DNA of 25,063 nucleotides, counting the filler, from an uncultured virus (IMG/VR IMGVR_UViG_2061766007_000575) (Duplodnaviria; Heunggongvirae; Uroviricota; Caudoviricetes). It is 2 parts of one record of this genome, joined end to end, with 100 filler letters (N's around TTAATTAATTAA, not from the genome) between each part and the next. Parts side by side here need not be neighbours in the genome. Positions count along the whole stretch, not along the records: positions 10,760 to 25,063 come from IMGVR_UViG_2061766007_000575; 1 more part is not named here. One strand, written 5' to 3'. The notes beneath the pieces are model-generated. The model searched no databases and had not been told where the DNA came from. It worked only from the letters and a program-made list of their open reading frames with translations. The position numbers and the translations under genes are program-made. Shown one piece after another: positions 19,797 to 25,063 of this stretch (its first letter is position 1; each line of letters starts with the position of its first letter).

Positions 19797-22653
19797 AGAT
19801 TATCCCGGAAGTCTTCATAATTAGGGAACCATACAGATTATTCAAATATTAGATTAAGAGATTGTATAATTAAGACAGANNNNNNNNNNAGATTTAATTA
19901 AATATGCAAGTGAGCTTGGACATAAGGTTGTGGCGATAACTGATCATGAATGTCTTAGTAATCATGTTAAGGTTGAAAAAATAGCAAAAAAGTATCCAAA
20001 TATAAAAGTTATTCGTGGTAATGAGATTTATCTGTGCCGCAATAGTCTTAATGCAGATAATTATAATAGAGAAGTCGATCGTTATTATCACTTCATTCTT
20101 CTCGCAAAGGACGCAATTGGTCATCAGCAACTTAGAGAAATATCTACAAGAGCATGGCATCGTTCTTATATGGCGCGAGGTATGAGAAGAGTCCCAACAT
20201 ATTATCAAGATTTATTTGATATAATTGGTGAGAATCCTGGTCATGTGATTGGGTCAACAGCTTGTTTAGGTGGCGCGCTGCCGACGCAAATTTTAAGATA
20301 TATTGAACTTGCAAGAGGAACTGGACGAAACGATAAAGCATTAGAACTAGCAAATAAAATTGATATTTGGATTAAGCAAATGGATGAATTATTTGGTCAT
20401 GGAAATTTTTTCTTTGAACTTCAACCATCTGCATCTACAGAACAAACAATAGTTAATCAAGCATTATTGGAATACTCAGCAAAGTTTGATATTCCTTATA
20501 TTATAACAACAGATAGTCATTATCTTAAAAAGGAAGATGCACCGATTCACAAGGCGTTTCTTAACTCTCAAGATGGTGATCGTGAAGTAGATAGTTTTTA
20601 TGCGACTACTTATATGATGAGTACTGAAGAACTTGAATCTTACTTTAAAGGATATGAAAAAGAAGTATTAGAAACGGCTTATCAAAATATTTTAAAAATT
20701 AGCGAGATGTGTGAAGACTATTCACTTCTCAAATCTTTAAAAATACCTGAATTGACTTGGAAGAAGGCGCCGGCGCTCTCGACGTCTGATAAGGACAAAT
20801 GGTTTAAACTCATTCCTCAGTTATTTGAGTTCTATATGTCTGATTATGAAGGAGATAAACTTCTTTCTGAGCTTATAATTAATCGAATTAAGGATGATGA
20901 AACTCTTCAAAATGAAAAAACTTATAATGCAATAAATGAATGTCTTGAAATGACAAAAGTTTCATCTGAGGTCAATAAAACTCATTGGAGTGCATATTAT
21001 CTCAATCTCCAAAAAATTATTGATGTATGTTGGGAAGCAGGTAGTCTTGTTGGTCCTGGTCGTGGTTCTGGTGTCGGTTTTATTCTTCTTTATCTCTTGG
21101 GAATAACTCAAATTAATCCTCTGCGTGAAACAACTCCGACGTTTGCGTGGAGATTTTTGAATCCGGCGCGAGTCAGTGTGCTTGATGTTGACTTTGATAT
21201 TGAAGGTAGCCGGCGCGCAACTGTTTTGTCGAAGTTTAGAGAGGTTTATGGTGAAGATCGAGTATCAAATGTTGCAACTTTTGGTACTGAAAAGTCAAAG
21301 TCAGCAATATTGACGGCGGCGAGAGGTCTTGGGATTGATGTTGATACAGCTTCTTATATAGCGAGTTTGATCCCAGCTGATAGAGGATTAACTCGAACTC
21401 TTGATCAATGTATGTATGGTGATGAAGAGTCTGGTTTTGATCCGATTAAGCAGTTTGTAATAGAAATGACCGAAAATTATCCCGAACTTTGGGAAGTGGC
21501 GCATAAAATTGAAGGATTAGTTAATAGATTAGGACAGCATGCAGGTGGAGTTATATTTGTTGATGAGCCATTCACGAACTCAACCTCATTGATGCGGGCG
21601 CCGGATGATACAATCATCACAGCTTTCGACCTTCATGATTGTGAAGATGTTAGTTTGATTAAATATGATGCACTGTCGGTCGAAGCAATGGATAAGATTC
21701 ATATTTGTCTTGATTTATTGTGTGATGCAGGTTTTGTTGAGCGCAAATCAACTTTAAAAGAAACCTATGAAAGTGTTCTTGGTATTTATAATATAGAGCG
21801 CGATGATCCTAAAATGTGGGAAATGGTTTGGAACCATGAAATCTTCAGTCTATTCCAAATGGAAAAGCAAAGTGGTATCCAAGGTATCGCGCTCTCTAAG
21901 CCATCTTCGGTTGATGACTTAGCAACTCTTAACTCCGTTATTAGGCTAATGGCGCAAGAAAAGGGCGCTGAACAGCCTTTAAATAAATTTGCAAGATTTA
22001 AAGCAAACATTCAGAATTGGTATGATGAAATGAGTGCATATGGGTTAACATATGCAGAACAGAGGATTCTTGAACCACATCTTCTTCCATCAAATGGTAT
22101 TTGTGAATCACAGGAAGGTTTTATGCAGCTAGTTCAGATTCCTGAGTGCGGTGGTTTCGATCTGACTTGGGCGGATAGACTCCGTAAGTCAATTGCAAAA
22201 AAGAATCCAGCAGAATATGAACAACTAACAAAAGAATATTTTGAACGAGTTAAAGAAAAAGGGTTAAGTCCGAAACTTTGTAATTATGTTTGGAATGTAT
22301 TGGTTGCGACGAGTCGTGGTTATGGTTTTAATAAGTCACATACATTAGCTTATAGTTTGATAGCACTTCAAGAAATGAATTTGGCTTTCAAATATCCAAT
22401 AATCTTTTGGAATTGTGCTTGTTTGATAAGTGATAGTGGCGGCGCGGAAATCACAGAAGATGATGATGAAGAACCACAACTGAATTGTGAAGAAGAAAAA
22501 TATTATAATGAAATGGAAGAATTTGGGGAAGATGATTCCGAAGATGACATCGAAGATTCTTATGAAGAAGAAGATTGCGATGGATATCCAGCAGAAGTTG
22601 TAGTTCTCAAAAATGGTAAAAAGAAAAAGAAAGTCAAAACAACAAACTATGGT
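19780..22653 (+). CDS. dnaE: DNA polymerase III alpha (DnaE-type), exon 1; true start 19780, with an 8-nt frame-breaking insertion at 19819-19826
   Basis: SD aaggtggtg; MKTIIKDYPGSLH|NHTDYSN...AITDHE PHP motifs; GPGRGSG; catalytic DVDFD; HAGG; KYDALS; YGFNKSH. Confidence 0.92.
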
Positions 22654-22683
22654 AAAATTTTATAGAGTTTATATTAATAAATT

Positions 22684-22697
22684 TTACTTATAAGTAG
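22684..22697 (+). promoter_or_regulatory. Putative alternative (late?) promoter motif for the intron ORF
   Basis: ttactt ataag tag upstream of SD ggag and ATG 22727. Confidence 0.5.
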
Positions 22698-22726
22698 AAG
22701 ATAACAACAGACTACGGAGAAGTAAA

Positions 22727-23467
22727 ATGAAATATTCAGAAGAAACGATTCAAAAAATAATAGAGTTGCGTGAAAGTGGCAAAGGCGTAACTGAAATAGG
22801 AAGATTATTAAATCTTGACCGCGCGGCGGTATCAAGAAATCTTAAACAAAGAGGATATGATACTAGCCGTAATCCACTTATTAAAGACATTTTTCATGTT
22901 ATAGATACAGAAGAAAAAGCTTACTGGTTAGGTTTTCTATACGCGGATGGATATGTCTCAAAATATAATCAAATTGAAGTAAGTTTGTCTTTAAAAGATG
23001 AAGAACATTTGTATAAATTAAAAAAATTTATAAATACAAACACAAATATTATTAAAGATGACCACCGTTGTAGATTATTGTTCTGTAGTAAAGAAATGGC
23101 GGCAGACTTAGCAAAACTAGGGTGTATAAATAATAAAAGTTTAACTTTAACATTTCCTTCTGAAGAACAAATTCCTCAACATTTGTTAAGACATTTTTTA
23201 AGAGGTTATGTAGATGGAGATGGTTGTTTGTGCCATACAGATAAAACTCAACAGTTTAGCATTACCTCAACTCAAAAATTTTTTGATGGTATGTTACAAA
23301 GAACGGGATGGAGTCAAGATAAAAGTAACTATTATCCTAGCGGTCAAGCAATAACTTGGCGCTGTCATAAAGATGTAATGCCACAGTATTTAAAATATCT
23401 TTATGATAATAGTAATATATATTTGAATCGTAAATATGAAAAATATAAAACTCTCACTGCCGTTTAA
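22727..23467 (+). CDS. Intron-encoded LAGLIDADG homing endonuclease with N-terminal HTH
   Basis: EEKAYWLGFLYADG and HFLRGYVDGDG motifs; LNRKYEK C-terminus. Confidence 0.9.
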   Translation: MKYSEETIQKIIELRESGKGVTEIGRLLNLDRAAVSRNLKQRGYDTSRNPLIKDIFHVIDTEEKAYWLGFLYADGYVSKYNQIEVSLSLKDEEHLYKLKKFINTNTNIIKDDHRCRLLFCSKEMAADLAKLGCINNKSLTLTFPSEEQIPQHLLRHFLRGYVDGDGCLCHTDKTQQFSITSTQKFFDGMLQRTGWSQDKSNYYPSGQAITWRCHKDVMPQYLKYLYDNSNIYLNRKYEKYKTLTAV

Positions 23468-23689
23468 GTGAGAAATCATTTAAATAATGAGCGCGGAAAA
23501 AATCTGGAAGACTGAGATGTTAATCAGAGGTGAAGGCTTATGCCAGCCGCAACGCATAGGAAATGAAATAATTTTCCCACGAGGCCGCGCCACCCAAACG
23601 TAAAGTCGTGGGTGAAAAGATATGCTGAGCTTATGCGAATAAGAAGCATAAGAACTAAAGGATAAAAAGCCTTTAGGGTAACATAACTG

Positions 23690-23808
23690 AAAATAGCAAC
23701 AGCAATAGGTAAAATGAGGATGGCCGGCATTGAAGTTGCGCCGCCGGATATAAATGTTTCAACTTATACTTTCTCACCGGATGTTGAACATAACACAATT
23801 CGTTATGG
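23690..23808 (+). CDS. dnaE: dnaE exon 2, first part (variant duplicate at 24423-24512)
   Basis: KIATAIGKMRMAGIEVAPPDINVSTYTFSPDVEHNTIRYG, containing the PPDIN motif. Confidence 0.88.
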
Positions 23809-23818
23809 NNNNNNNNNN

Positions 23819-24412
23819 AGTTATTAATTCAACTAAATGATATGGAGTTCTTGCATATTTTTTTGCAATAAAACTATCTTCGCGCCGAATACCAGTTACT
23901 ATAATTTTATTCCCTCGACTTAACCATGATTTTTCAATAACATGCTTCTTACCATCAGCTCCGCGCTCACTAAGCTGTTTGTCATAATGAGTAAACACTT
24001 GACCAAAAATCTTTACCGTTACGACTCCACTTTTTGTGAGCAAAGTTACCATTTTCTTTGCTTTATCCTTATCAAGAACCGTTCCCATAATTCGGGTTAT
24101 TTTAAATAGAGGAACTTTTTTACCTTTTATAAAAATTACTCTATCAACAGGAGGCTCTTCCGGTAACTCATAAAAATCGCTAAAGTCATATAACTTCTCT
24201 TTTACTTTTGCTAATTCATGTTCATGGGAGTAAAAAGATACAGAATCCATTTCCCATTTACTAATTGTTCCAAGACAATATTTGTTCCATGTATCACTCA
24301 TTAATCTTGTGTTAATTGCATTGAGTAACTCATCATGATGAGCTTTTACATATGGACGAACTTTATCCATATTCTTTTTATAAATATTATCCCAAGAAGT
24401 TTGTTTGATGCG
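23819..24412 (-). CDS. dnaE: dnaE C-terminal (OB-fold) fragment, inverted in the scaffold
   Basis: ISKWEMDSVSFY, IMGTVLDK, VTVKIFG; bounded by N-gaps. Confidence 0.75.
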
Positions 24413-24522
24413 NNNNNNNNNNAATGGCCGGCATTGAGGTCGCGCCGCCGGATATAAATGTGTCAACTTATACTTTCTCACCGGATGTTGAACATAACAC
24501 AATTCGTTATGGNNNNNNNNNN

Positions 24523-24732
24523 GAAGCCGCCTTCTGCACTTTCTAATAAATCCATATCAAAGTTAGATTCATAGAATGGGAAGCTATTTTCATCTAAATC
24601 ATAATAATTTCCATCTTTAAACTTCTTTAAATATTTATTAAAGTTAAAGACCTTACACTCAAAGCTTAACTCGTCTGGTAACAATCCAAAATCAATTAAC
24701 ATTTTCATATTTTGAAGAGTTACTCTCTTCTT
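24523..24732 (-). CDS. dnaE: dnaE internal fragment (variant), inverted in the scaffold
   Basis: KKRVTLQNMKMLIDFGLLPDEL matches the + strand at ~24946-25063. Confidence 0.8.
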
Positions 24733-24743
24733 NNNNNNNNNNA

Positions 24744-25063
24744 TTAAGTGGTATTAGTAAAATTGGTGAAGATTTAGTTAAATCAATTTTATCTAATCGT
24801 CCATATGAATCAATTGAAGATTTAACTTCAAAAGTAAAAATAAATAAGCCGCAAGTCATTAATTTGATTAAGTCTGGCGCCTTCGACTTTTTAGGTGATA
24901 GAGTTGAAGTCATGCGGCAGTATGTAGCGAGTATTAGCGATCAAAAGAAGAGAGTAACTCTTCAAAATATGAAAATGTTAATTGATTTTGGATTATTGCC
25001 AGATGAGTTAAATTTTGAGTGTAAGGTCTTTAACTTTAATAAATATTTAAAGAAGTTTAAAGA
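24744..25063 (+). CDS. dnaE: dnaE exon 2 continuation (HhH region), runs off the window
   Basis: LSGISKIGEDLVKSILSNRPY...NLIKSGAFD continues directly from IRYG. Confidence 0.88.

Larger units (their letters stand above)
22654..23689 (+). mobile_element. Group I self-splicing intron in dnaE
   Basis: Removal joins ...AAC TAT GGT|AAA ATA GCA ACA GCA ATA GGT (NYG|KIATAIG) in frame; exon ends in U and intron ends in G; P3 gcgcgg/ccgcgc, P7 gcata/tatgc, P8 and P9 hairpins. Confidence 0.9.

Noticed and set aside
19822..19824. TAG reassignment or readthrough as the explanation of the dnaE stop
   Set aside because: Readthrough stays in the wrong frame (GTIQIIQILD then TAA), and no other conserved gene here has in-frame TAG codons.
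19816..19829. Simple -1 frameshift at the dnaE start
   Set aside because: No slippery heptamer; the product HNLGNHTD would break the HxH spacing of the PHP motif.
2100..22010. Short minus-strand and alternate-frame ORFs in the track
   Set aside because: Shadows of well-supported + strand genes, with no recognisable motifs.
14312..22653. Inteins in the helicase or polymerase
   Set aside because: No C/S...HN-C/S/T bounded insertion seen; the LAGLIDADG ORF is separate and intronic.
23819..24732. Invertible segments (shufflon) in the dnaE 3' end
   Set aside because: Every orientation switch coincides with an N-gap; no recombination sites or invertase seen.
1..25063. CRISPR array, tRNA or rRNA genes
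   Set aside because: No regularly spaced repeats or cloverleaf/rRNA-like sequence found by eye.

Overview
AT-rich DNA-replication module of a large dsDNA bacteriophage. Host is inferred to be a low-GC Gram-positive (Bacillota-type), from sigma70/sigmaA-like promoters and strong SD sites. The scaffold mixes strains: N-gaps are flanked by near-identical variant copies, and some contigs are misplaced or inverted. Gene order on +: hypothetical, gyrB-like, free-standing GIY-YIG endonuclease, gyrA-like (with CTD and GyrA-box), small wHTH protein, probable SSB, AAA/Sak4-like ATPase, Zn-finger protein, DnaB-like helicase, primase, RecJ, small ORF, second GIY-YIG endonuclease, DnaE-type polymerase. 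A gap-bounded block (8929-12928: PKD/BspA-LRR protein, a paralog-like gene, a hypothetical and a kinase) interrupts the ATPase. dnaE carries a group I intron (22654-23689) with a LAGLIDADG gene in its P1 loop. The main finding is at the dnaE start, missed by the ORF track: an 8-nt stop-containing insertion splits the PHP motif SLH-N-HTDYS (AAT TAG GG AAC). It lies in a long hairpin with the start codon, right behind a homing endonuclease. This is a candidate miniature ribosomal-bypass (or micro-intron) cassette analogous to T4 mobA/gene 60.
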